Positions 51,685-63,400 of a stretch of 64,000 bases of DNA are shown one piece after another. This DNA comes from Pristiophorus japonicus (Eukaryota). How positions within the stretch are numbered: the stretch's first letter is position 1; each line of letters opens with the position of its first letter. The notes beneath the pieces were generated by a model. It was not told the DNA's origin and did not search any database. It was given only the letters and a program-made list of their open reading frames with translations. The stretch covers positions 12,462,001 to 12,526,000 of the forward strand of contig NC_091977.1 of the NCBI RefSeq assembly GCF_044704955.1, in the 5' to 3' direction. The translations under genes were made by a program, and so were the position numbers.

Positions 51685-52149
51685 TCATCATCATCATCAT
51701 AGGCAGTCCCTTGAATCGAGGATGACTTGTTTCCACTGCAAAAAGTTCACAGGCGTTTCAATGAAGGACCTAAAATTCCAGCTCCGAACTCAATCTTGAA
51801 GGGCGGAAGATGCCTGTTCTTGAATTTTTTTAACATGTGGGGACATTTGCACACCAGCCACCACACAGGCTTGACAGAGCTAGGTTTTGGCCTAGTAGCA
51901 AGGAGTAACCAAGACGACTGAAGACCAACTCTGCAACCCGGATCTAGCGCGCACACATATCGCAGTGTGGGCTGGCCCGTGCTGCCCCTGGGCCCTCGCC
52001 TCTTCTGGGCCCCGAACTCATGCCTCCCCTGGGTCCCGATATCGTCCCTCTACAATCTCTCGCTGTTCCTTCGCCCCGACCTCGTCGCTCCTGTAGTATC
52101 TGCCCACGCTCCAATCACAGACCTGGACCTTGATGACATCCCTTTTCAC
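51685..52149 (-). mobile_element. Short retroposon with (TGA)n tail (probably RTE-mobilised), only in copy B
   Basis: (CAT)n then aggcagtcc...aatcgagg; TSD TGCCAGTGTGCA / TGCCGGTGTGCA at 51673-51684 and 52150-52161; empty site at ~6270. Confidence 0.8.
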
Positions 52150-52979
52150 TGCCGGTGTGCAGACAATGGTGGACTCCCAGAGAGACCGCACAGATCCAGA
52201 CCTCATGATGTCATGGGCGATGTGGCAGCTTCCATTGCAGAACAGGCGGAAGCAACGCAACGTCTTGGTGCTGCATAGAGTCGATGGTTGCTTGCATGGT
52301 AGCTTAGACTGCTATCGTGCAGTCTCAACTTGATGCCACACAATGTCTTGGTGCTGTCTTTCAGTCTCAGCTGCATGTCTCGCAAGCTCTGACTGCTGCC
52401 ATCGTCACTGGGTCCATCACAGTCAACCGGGGATCTCAGTGTCACAGCAGCCCAGCAATCTGTCCTGCAGCAGATTGGTGGGGATGCTGAGGTGCTGGCC
52501 CGGGTGATTGGCAGTGGGTCAGTGGAGCAGGAACCTGCTGTCCTCTCTCAGGTTGACAGCATTCCTGATCCCACCACTGCCACTCCACCATTGCCCTTGT
52601 CGCTGCCTGTCACCCAGCCAGCCCAGACAGCCGCCGCCCAGCCTGAGGTGTTGCAGTCTGCATCCGGGCCTTCCAGGCCCAGAGCTGGTCGAGGGCGTCC
52701 TGCAAGGCCATCTGTAGTCTCTTGCCATGCTGCTGCCACAGGGGACACTCTGCGAAGGAGTATTAGGATAGGTCAACAAAAGAGGGGATATAAGGAAATG
52801 CACAAGGGTGATGAATAATACACATTTATACATTTTATTGTTGTTTGATAAATGTTGATTGGAATGTTTAATGTTTGCTGTTGTCTCTCATTTCCATCTT
52901 CTGGTTTTGTAAGGAAGCGCAAAGTGATGTGGTGATGGGGACATCCAGAGGAACCGGGAAGTAGGATGGAAGTCAGTGG

Positions 52980-53925
52980 AAACGACCTCCCTTGCAGGAT
53001 TGTAATGGAGTCGCTGCCTCCTCCTTCACGGCTGTTGCTGCTCCTCCTCGTCCTCCTGCTGTTGCTCCTCCACCTGCTCCTCCTGGTCCTCCTCCTCCTC
53101 CTCCTGAGGTGGTGCTGCTATGCCTGGCGGCAATGGCTGTGCCCTCATGATGGCCAGGTTGTGCATGATGCAGCAGACAACGATGAATCGGGACACAGGC
53201 GAATACTGCAGGACTCCTCCCAAGCGGTGAAGGCAGTGGAAACGATGTTCCTGGTGGCAGCATGGCTCTCATTGTATGAGTGCTGGGCAGGAGTGGTGGG
53301 GTTGTGGAGGGGAGTGATGAACCAGGTGGATAGCGGGCTCATTTTGGGGCTGGAACAGAGCTGGCACAAAATGAAGGTGTCGTGGTTGCTGCCAGGATAG
53401 CGGGTATTGACGCTGACTATTCTGCATGTATGGTCGCACAGCAACTGCACATTCAGAAGCGTTGGCCTTTGCAATTATGGAAGATCTCAGGATTGCGATG
53501 CGGTGCCCTCAAAGCGACGTGCAGTCGATGGCACCCTGCACCATGGGGAGGCCCACTATCTTGGCAAAGCCCTGCATCATGGGGAAGGAAATGTAATCCC
53601 TCCTCCTTCTGTGCAGAGCATCTGTGACCTCGCGAATGGAGCAATGGACGGCAACTTGGGAGAGTTGGAGATGTCCCCTGTTGCACACTGGAACGATCCA
53701 TTGCTGTAGAAATTGACCTTGACTGCCACAGAGAGCTGTCCTTAGCCTGGTCTGAGACCCGAGGTCTGGTTGCAGCAGATGACAGAGCTCTGTGACCACG
53801 TCCTTGCAGAAACGCAGCCTTTACACACACTGCTCCTCAGTGAAATCGATATAGAACTGCTGCCGGAATACCCGGGGAGAGTAAGGCCTCCTGTTGCCAG
53901 CCCTCTGGTGCCTTCTTCCTCTGAT
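52980..53925 (-). pseudogene. Harbinger DDE transposase, copy B, multiple deletions
   Basis: PMVQGAIDC, NVQLLCDH, YPGSNHD, CCIMHNLA. Confidence 0.82.
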
Positions 53926-54446
53926 GAAACGACAGAAATGCTTTAACTTCAAAGCTGCTGTGAGTTATTCAGGGGAAAGGTTAGGAGGCAGGAGACTCTT
54001 TGAGGTAAACATCGCTGCTATGGGTCCAACAGCCACTCTGCCTAACTGTTGGAAAACAGAAAAAAGTAATGGCCGACAGAAAATAGTTTTCAAGATGGTG
54101 CCTTTAAATAGCGCTGCTCCATCCCGTTCCCGACTGCGACTAGACAGCTGAAGCTATCATTGTCATCGCCAGATGCTAAGGTAGGTTGCTCGGGGCAATT
54201 TAACTTCCGGGGCGGTAAGGGGACGATGACATCATCATCGCCGTGCTGCCTCGTAGCGCCTCCGCAAAACCCCCCGCCCAATTTCGCGGGGCCGATTTTT
54301 GTGCCGCGACCGGGCGAAAACCATTTCCCAGTGATAAAAGGGGCAATTTCACCCTCTCAGTATAGTGTCTCGTACCCGTAGTATGTTTTCCAAACACTGA
54401 GTCTGCCCCCGTGCTGTGTTAATGTTGTCTCGCTCTCTCTCCACAG

Positions 54447-54839
54447 AGCTTTCTGTCAGTGGTTGGACAATGACCACCGCGGATACAGTGAGTGCTGAGG
54501 AAGGGAGGTCCACTGTCTTGCCGTGCAGTTTCACCCACCCACCCACTGATCGCCCGCTCACCGGCACTGTGAAATGGTTCAAAGTGCACTCACCATTTAA
54601 CAGGGTTATTTTTAACTGCACATATTCTGGTCTGGGCCATTCACAGGGCGAGCTGTGTGAGAATATGAGACCGCAGGAAGGTGGGAATCGATTCAGATTC
54701 ATGGGGAACTTCAGGAACAACGATGTCTCGATAATGATGGAGCGGCTGAGCCAGGCGGACAATGGTCGTTATTGGTGTGGTGTGGAGCTCAATATTGACA
54801 ACTTTCAAGCATCGATAGGAACGCGTCTGAGTGTGAGAG
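54447..54839 (+). CDS. Ig V-set exon V1, Siglec-15-like, paralogue B (phase 1/1, 393 nt, open)
   Basis: ccacag| acceptor and AGAG|gtgagg donor; VLPCSFTHP, KWF, IFNC...ELC, RFRFMGNFRNNDVSIMMERL..AD..RYWCGVE, GTRLSV. Confidence 0.9.
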
Positions 54840-55676
54840 GTGAGGAGCACTGCTCAGGGGCTGTCGCTGCTCCGATAGCTCAGTGAGGAAAGGCTCCACC
54901 TGGTCTGGTCCTGAGCCACACGGATCAATAAACTCTCAGCAGCCCCAGGCTATGAAGAGGGAATATTGCGCGGGGTTCCTGTTCCTGCTCATTTTCTAGT
55001 GACTCCTGCTGGAAGGTGTGTTCTTGGACATTGGATGAGACATTGGGTCTGCCTGTGATGCTCTCCACAGTCAAATATTCCATTGACACACATTGACCAG
55101 GCTTGTGCTCTAAGGAAGGCCATTTGGGTGAGGCAAACACAAATTAGATAGCTTTCTTTCAGTAATACTATTTTGAGATACAGTATATGAGCAATTTGAT
55201 ACGGCATTTAACCTCGACTAATGCAGTGTGATGCAGGTAGGTAGTATCAACACAAAGTACACTTATCATTTACAGGGAACAACACTGAAAGTGGTTCAGA
55301 GAGAAAGGGATCCAGGTTTTATTGTGCACACATCACTCAAGGTACAGGAACAATGCAGAGAGCCATAGCCAAAGCAGACAGGGTATTGGGTTGTATTAAT
55401 AGAACCATTCAATGTAAGTCAAAGGACACCACCTCCCACTTTCTGCTAGTCTGAGAAACTTTCCTTACCTCCTATCCTCTGTTTTCTGTTTTGTAGCCAT
55501 CTCTCAATCCGTTCTGCTACCCGGTCCCCTGACCCCACATTCTCTGGGACCCTTACTGGCTGAGTACTACACTGGGCAATGCCTCTACCCATAGACCACA
55601 GGGAGAGCTCTGAACTGAAACAAATTAAAGTTCTCATCAAGATGCTGATATATTGTGATGTCTGTCCTTTCCTCAG

Positions 55677-56027
55677 CTGCTAGTGGAAATGGCTCAGTGG
55701 TGAGAGGGACCAAGGGAGCTTCGGTTACATTGCCCTGTCTGTTCACACCCAGCGACCCCACCAACCTGACCACTGTTACATGGATGAGGAAGGAGCCCTA
55801 CCAACACGTAGTCACATTTAGAGCCCAATCAAATGGATCTTGGACAACTGTAAACGGTGGAAATCGGTACGAGCTCATCGGGAACCCAAAGGAGGGAAAC
55901 GCTTCAACCAGGATAAAGCAGCTGAGCGTGAAGGACAACCACACTTACCTGTGTCTGGTGGAGTACAAGCCACGGCTCAATTATCAATATCTGATCCAGA
56001 CTGAGACATGTCTGCAGCTCGTACATG
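55677..56027 (+). CDS. Ig V-set exon V2, paralogue B (phase 1/1, 351 nt, open)
   Basis: cctcag| acceptor and CATG|gtaaga donor; B-strand Cys, C-strand Trp, D-x-x-x-Y-x-C; five N-x-S/T sequons. Confidence 0.88.
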
Positions 56028-56089
56028 GTAAGAAACCATCCCTATATTCTCCAGTATATAGAGGTTGTACAGTGAGAAAACATTCATCA

Positions 56090-56660
56090 GCTGTGGCTCA
56101 GTGGGTAGCACTCTCGCCTCGGAGTCAGAAGGTCGTGTTTTCAAATTACACTTGAGCACATAGTCTAGGCTGACTTTCTCAGTGCATTACTGAGGGAGCG
56201 CTGCACTGTCAGTGGTGCTGTCTCTCGGATAAGATGTTAAACCGAGGCCCCGTCTGCCCTCACAGATGGATGTAAAAGATCCCATGGCACTATTTTGAAG
56301 AACAGTGATTCTCCCCGGTTTCCTGGTCAATACCAATTCCTGAAAAAAGCAAAAATATACAGGATATCTGCTCATTTATCACATTGCTATTTGTGAGAGT
56401 TTGCTGTGTGCAAATTGGCCCTGTGATACCATACATCACAACAGTGACTGCACTTCAAAAAAGTACTTCATTGGCTGCTTTCTTATTAATTCATGGGATG
56501 TGGGCATCGCTGGCAAGGGTGGCATTTATTGCCCATCCCTAATGACCCTCGCAGAAGGTGGCAGTGAGCTGCCTTCTTGAACCGCTGCAGTCCATGCAGT
56601 GCTTTGTGAGGGCCCGAGGTTGTGAAAGGTACTGTATAACTACAAGCACTTTTTCTTCTT
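56090..56660 (+). mobile_element. DeuSINE with nested LINE tail (homologue of 18772-19330)
   Basis: Collinear with copy A; tRNA-like head more complete. Confidence 0.75.
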
Positions 56661-56759
56661 AACTGACCGAATCCATCAGTTCCTGCAAATTGTGCCATTT
56701 TGGGGACATTGAGGCCAAAAATCCCCCTGGTCTCTATTGAAATACGTAGTGTCTGGGGG

Positions 56760-59700
56760 TGTTATGTATTGTCCAGGTACATTAAATGTATAGTTACAAT
56801 GGTGCGCCACAAAGGACACTGTGGTGGGAGACCCGAAAGTACCTGCGAGACAGAGTATAAAAGGCTGCCCACCACACCTGTGAGGCACTCTGGAGTTACA
56901 CAATAAAGGACTAAGGTCACAGCAGTTACTACAACACCAGACTGTGTGGAGTCAGTGATTTGGGTGCGACATACATCACATTGGCGACAAGGACACAGAC
57001 GAGCTCTTCACACAACCATGGCTACTTTGGGCAGGCTAAAGGATTTCACAGAGGGTAATGACTGGGATGCCTTTACGGAAAGGCTCGAGTACTACTTTAT
57101 CGCAAACGACCTGACAGGGAACACGAACGCACTGATGGAGAAGCGTAAGGCGATATTGCTGTCCAGTTGTGGCGATGAGGTTTACCGTCTCGTCAGGGAT
57201 TTGCTGGCACCCGCGAGCGCCAAGGACAAATGATATGAGCAGCTGATTGAACTCATTCATAACCAACTGAAACCGAAGGAGAGCATTCTCACGTCCAGAC
57301 ACAAATTCTACCACCACTGCAGACCTGAGGGCCAGGATGTCACCAAATATGCTGCGGACATCAGGCGACTTGCGGCGCCGTGCGATTTTGGCACATACCT
57401 TGACGAGGCGTTGCGAGACGTCTTTGTTATGGGGATTGGCCATGAGGGTCTCCTTCACAAGCTGCTATTTGCTGAATCTACAGTCAGCCTGCAGCAAGCC
57501 ATCATCATCAGCCGGGCATTTATGACCTTGACTTGCAGCACCCCAAGCAGATGATCCACACGGTCTCGAACCCGGCAGGTACTATTCACAGGATAGCGCC
57601 CGTCACGGACAAAACTGCAGAATGTGTCTCTGCCCAGGGCAGGGAGCACGGACCTCCGGGTCCTGGAACTCAGAGTCCGCCGAGGGGGGGCTAATCGAGT
57701 GGCACCATGCTGGCGCTGCGGAGGAAGCCATGGGGCTCACCGGTGCAGGTTTGTGGAGTATACGTGCAATACCTGCCACACGAAAGGCCACCTTCGGCGT
57801 ATGTGCAAAAGAAACACGACTCACCGTGTGGCTGAGGAGATGGTAGATGATCCGCTATCCAGCGAGGAGCATTGTGGCTTGGCTCTACGGGCATCCCAGC
57901 CCCAGGTAGAAGAAGATGATGCGTTTGGACTGTATACGTGTACCGACGATTCAGCCCCAGTGATTATGGAAGTCAAGATTAGCGGAGTCCCAGTGAGTAT
58001 GGAAGTGGACACGGGGTCGGGTCAGTCGCTGATGAGTCAGGAAACTTTTGATAAACTGTGGATTAACCCGGCTGCACGACCCAAGCTGGTCCCGGTCACG
58101 GCGAAGCTGCGTACCTACACCAGGGAACTGATACCTGTTCTCGGCAGAGCGGATGTGCAGGTATCTCACGGGGGCGAGACGCACGGTTTACCTTTGTGGA
58201 TCATTGCAGGCGATGGGCCGACGCTACTCGGCAGGAGATGGATGGGGAAGGTCCGTGGGAGCTGGGAAGACTTCATTGCTCCACAGACCGCTGTCCCCCC
58301 GTGTTCACAGGCAGAGCAGGCCTCCACCTTCGGATCGGATGGCAGTGAAGGAAGCGTGTGTGGGGTTGGGCAGAGCAGCGGTGGCTGCCGACTCTCCCCC
58401 TGCAAAGTCTGAGAGTGAGAAAGTGGCGCTGGAACCAGCAGCAGCACCGACCGAGCTGGAGAAGAGAGAAGGGCTTCGACGGGCTGCTCCAGCAGGCACC
58501 ACCGGCCCGCAGGCAGAGGCGGCCGTTCGCGGGGCTTGCAGTGGGAGGAGCGGTGAATCGGCAGTTTCGGGAGCGGGACTCGCTCGGCGACATGGTGAGG
58601 GCCGGTGCTCCGAGGAGCGGGGCTCGTTCAGGATCGGCTGCGGCAGTGAGGAGGTCAGCTTCGGAGGACGTGTGTGTGTGTGTGTGTGTGTGGCGGATCT
58701 CGAGAGAGAGAGGGAGAGCAGGCAGCAGCACAGCGAGTTCAAGATGGCGGCGAGCCTCGTGGCAGAAGAGTTCTGCAGAGAGAGGCAGGCAGGACCAGCA
58801 GAGCACCTAAAATGGTGGCGCCCAGTCGAAACCTCGTGGGAAAAACAAAATGGCGTCTTAAAAGGGAAATGTACCCGGGAGTCTTAAAGGGGCCTTACAC
58901 CGTTGGTGGTCCCCACAAAGAGACTTTTGTAAGGGCAAGAGCGAGTCAAAATGATTATTGTGATTTGTATGATGACGTGATTTATGACAAGAGTTAATAT
59001 TTTGGTGCTAAAATGATTACTGTGATTAAAATGATTGATATGATTGGTGAAAAGAGATAATATCACAATGCACAGTTAAAAGGGTTAATGGATCTGTGAC
59101 TAACATGACTAATGGATTAATGTGAGTTCTGATTTTATGTGATTTATGCAATGGTTCAGCGGTTGCAGACAAGCTGCAAAGGCAACTATTTTCTGAGAAT
59201 AGAGGCAACGCACTAGTTGCGATACCCTGTCTCAGCGCAGCCCATTACCTCAGGCAAAAAGGGTCAGTATGCCACCACCATACCTCACCCAGTGGAGCTG
59301 GGATTAAATAACTATTCAGTGTACCTGCAACCTTTTGATATAATTCTTCAATGCATCTATATGTATCATAGAAATATACTCTCTATGTGTACCTGCTTTC
59401 TATTGGAGATTATGTTTGTGTACTTGTATCACCCATGTAAGGACTGCGAATACCACATACTTGCACCGGATCGCAAACATAATCTCTACATGGGGGCTGG
59501 GGGGAGAGAGGGAAGTGGATGTCATGGACTCACACTCCCAAATCAACCAGGACCAACAAAGCCGAGGTTACCGACAATGTGCTTTTGGAACTGGGGGGGC
59601 GGGGAGTGAGATGTTATGTATTGTCCAGGTACATTAAATGTATAGTTACAATGGTGCGCCACAAGGGGCGCTGTGGTGGGAGAACCGAAAGTACCTGCGA

Positions 59701-59832
59701 GACAGAGTATAAAAGGCTGCCCACCACACCTGAGGGGCACACTGGAGTTACACAATAAAGGACTAAGGTCACAGCAGTTACTACAACACCATACTGTGTG
59801 GAGTCAGTGATTTGAGAGCTACATACATCACA
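56760..59832 (+). mobile_element. Non-autonomous Gypsy element (LTR-PBS-gag-protease-noncoding-PPT-LTR), only in copy B
   Basis: 221-bp LTRs 56760-56980 and 59612-59832; PBS TGGCGAC; gag ATG 57018; two CCHC knuckles; MEVDTGSG protease; no RT or IN; flanks GGGGG / GAGAG; empty site at ~19425. Confidence 0.92.
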
Positions 59833-59939
59833 GAGAGTGGTCCTTATTTTAAACATGAAAGGTGGGTGCCCGCAATATAAGGTGCGAAAATCATGGGCAC
59901 CCACTAACCAAAGGAGACTGCGTACATAGTAAACGGGTA

Positions 59940-60298
59940 GTAAGATGAGGGGCAGGGCCGATTCGGGACTAGAAAACAGACGGACGCATTGAGGCAGAGG
60001 GTATGGCTGAGGTGATAAATGAACACTTTACATCTGTCTTCATCAAGGAAGAAGATGCTGCCATAAACATAGTGAAGGAGAAGGTAGAGGAGATACTGGA
60101 TGGGATAAAAATTATGAAGAGGAGATAGTAGAAAGGCTGGCTGTACTTAAAATAGATAAACCAACAGGACAAGATAGAATCCATCCAAGGACGCTGAGGG
60201 AAGTGAAGGAAGAAATCACGGAGGTACTGACCATAATCTTCCAATCCTTCATAGATACGGGGCTCATGCCAGAGGATTGGAGAATTGAAAATGTTACA
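59940..60298 (+). mobile_element. CR1 fragment (homologue of 20130-20490)
   Basis: PEDWRIENVT; collinear with copy A up to 60298. Confidence 0.8.
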
Positions 60299-60484
60299 GC
60301 AAGCGCAGGCAGCGGAAAGAGCGTGCGGCAAACCTGTCCCACCCAACCTTTCCCTCAACGACTATCTGTCCCACCTGTGACAGGGACTGTGGTTCTCGAA
60401 TTGGACTGTTCAGCCCCCCGAGGACTTATTTTAAGATTGGAAGCAAGTCTTCCTCGATTCCGAAGGACTGCCTATGATGATGAT
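60299..60484 (+). mobile_element. RTE-type LINE 3' end
   Basis: RRQRKERAAN...CPTCDRDCGSRIGLFS zinc-finger-like C-terminus and ggactgcctatgatgatga tail. Confidence 0.75.
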
Positions 60485-63400
60485 TGTCATGTTTGTAACC
60501 TTCACATAACTGTAACCAATATGTAACAACACTGTACACTGTATACAACTGTGAAATACACACCTTGACCACAGGGGGTGAACTTGTGGGAGACACTCCT
60601 TACCTGGTCAGCCAGGTGCTTAAAGGGAGGTTCCACGCAGGCTCAGCACTCCTTGGTCCCGGGGAATAAAGGTGCAGGTCATGAGTGACCTTGTCTGCAG
60701 TATATGCCTCATGTGAATATGTTCTAGAGTTGAGAACTCTACATCTGGCGACGAGAAACGGGAATCACTGAACCACAAGGATGGCCACCGGTAGCACAGA
60801 GGAACGTTACTGTGTGGGTGAGGACTGGGACGATTTTGTGGAGCGACTCCAGCAGACCTTTGTCACAAAGGACTGGCTGGGAGTGGAAGCGGCTGACAAG
60901 CGGAGGGCGCATCTACTGACAAGCTGCGGGTCAAAAACGTACGCGCTGATGAAAGACCTGCTTGCACCTCTCAAGCCGGCCGACAAGTCCTTCGAAGAGC
61001 TCAGCCAACACCTGAAACCGGCGAGCAGCGTACACATGGCCCGGCACCGGTTCTACACACACAGGCGTCGGGAAGGGCAAAACATCTCGGACTTCGTTGC
61101 AGACCTGAGGTGCTTGGCCAGCTTCTGTAAGTTCACAGACGCCTGCAGGGGGGGAGATGTTAAGGGACTTTTTCATTGAGGGCATTAGTCCTGCCGGTAT
61201 TTTCAGGAAGCTTATTGAGGATAAGGACTTGACTTTGGAAAGGGCAACTTTGATAGCTCAGACCTTCTTGGCAGGGGAAGAGGAGACCAAGATAATTTGC
61301 GCAGCAGCCCTGGTTTTAACGTTGCGATGAACCAGGGAGTTAATGTTGCAAAAGTGATACAGAACCCCGCAGGCAGGCAAGGGCAATTCGACACCGCCCA
61401 GGCAGCAACAGGCTCTAGGGTGGGACAGCAACAGAGACAATGGCAGGAGGATCGGCAGTTCACGCCATCAAGAGGAACAATGCGTCCCGTGATGCGACCA
61501 TTGACACCCACCACCAGAGTGCTTAGAAACAACCAAGGGGACAATCAGAGAGGAATTCCTGGTAACAGCCCCTTTGTGAACAACAGTCTCAGCCAATGCT
61601 GGAGATGCAAGTTCCAGCAGTTCACCTGCAGGAATTGTAATGCCAGAGGACATTTGGGTAGAATGTGTCAAAAGGCTGCAGCGAGGCTAATCTATGAAAC
61701 AGAGGAATCAGACGAGGGGTCTGCAATGCAGGATGATGCCTGGGGCCAAGCCATGGATGCTGAGGTTCAGAGGGTTCATGTGGCTGACGTCCGCAGCTCA
61801 TACACCAAAACGCCACCCATGATGCTGAAAGTTTTATTGAATGGCATCCCGGTGCACATGGAGCTGGATACGGGAGCCAGCCAGCCTTATGAGCGTCCAA
61901 CAATTTGAGAGACTATGGCCACACAGAGCTATCAGGCCCAAACTGGAACGCATTGACACGCAGCTGCGCACGTACACCAAAGAAATCATCCCTGGGCAGT
62001 GCAAACCTGGTGGTAACACACAATGGATCACAGAACCGCCTGCCACTCTGGATTGTTCCGGGAAATGGCCCCGCACTTTTGGGAAGAAGCTGGCTAGCCG
62101 AGATGAACTGGAAATGGGGAGATGTGCACACCATTTCGTCTGTGGAGCGAAGTTCATGCTCGCAGGTCCTACAAAAATTCGAGTCACTGTTTCAACCCGG
62201 TGTCGGAACATTCAAGGACACTAAAGTAGTGATACGCATCACTCCGGATGCCAGACCAGTGCACCACAAAGCCAGAGCGGTGCCGTACGTGATGCGTGAG
62301 AAAATTGAGAGTGAATTGGACAGACTGCTCAGAGAGGGCATAATTTCACCCATTGAATTCAGTGACTGAGCAAGTCCCATCATTCCTGTCCTTAAAGCAG
62401 ATGGCTCGGTCAGGATCTGCGGCGACTACAAAGCCACCATCAACCAAGTGTTGCTGCAAGACCAATACCCGCTACCGAGAGCGGAGGACCTTTTTGCCAC
62501 GTTGACAGGTGGCAAGCTGTTCACTAAGTTGGACCTCACTTCAGCCTACATGACTCAGGAACTGGCTGAAGAATCCAAGCTTCTGACCACCATCACGACG
62601 CACAAGGGACTATTCATCTACAACAGGTGTCCATTTGGGATTCGTTCAGCGGCTGCAATCTTCCAGAGGAACATGGAAAGCTTGCTCAAATCTATTTCCG
62701 GCACAATCGTATTCCAAGACGACATCCTTATAACGGGTCGAGACACCGAGGAACACCTCCACAACCTGGAGGAGGTGCTATGCCGACTGGACCGAGTCGG
62801 CTTGCGGCTGAAAAAGGCCAAGTGTGTGTTTTTGGCCCCAGAGGTCGAGTTTTTGGGCAGGAGGGTTGCCGCAGATGGGATCAGGCCTACCGAATCAAAA
62901 ACGGAGGCGATCCATCGTGCGTCCGGCCCGGCAACACATCGGAGTTGCGATCGTTCCTGGGACTTTTGAACTATTTTGGGAAATTCCTGCCTAACTTAAG
63001 CACATTGTCGGAGCCGTTACATGTGCTCCTGCATAAGGGTTGTAACTGGTTCTGGGGGGACTGTCAGGAACGGGCTTTCAACAGGGCGCGGAATCTGCTT
63101 TGTTCTAACAAACTGTTGACTTTGTATGACCCCTGTAAAAAACTAGTTTTAACATGCGATGCATCATCATGCGGGGTTGGGTGTGTGTTGCAGCAGGGAA
63201 ATGACGACGGCCGACTACAACCGGTGGCTTATGCCTCCAGGTCGCTCTCCCCGGCAGAGTGTGATTACGGCATGGTCGAAAAGGAAGCACTCGCTTGTGT
63301 TTATGGTGTGAAAAAGATGCACCAATATCTTTTCGGCAGGCCATTCGAGTTAGAAATGGATCACAAGCCGTTAACATCCCTGTTGTCCGACAGCAAGGCT

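Larger units (their letters stand above)
50142..54356 (+). mobile_element. PIF/Harbinger transposon, copy B
   Basis: Left TIR GGGGGCAAAATT at 50142, degenerate right TIR AATTTCACCCTC; Myb gene 50459-52818 (+) and transposase ~52980-53925 (-), both disrupted. Confidence 0.88.

Noticed and set aside
54447-54839. Assigning the symbol SIGLEC15
   Set aside because: V-V architecture, loss of the Arg and tandem copies argue against one-to-one orthology; phylogeny and synteny are needed.
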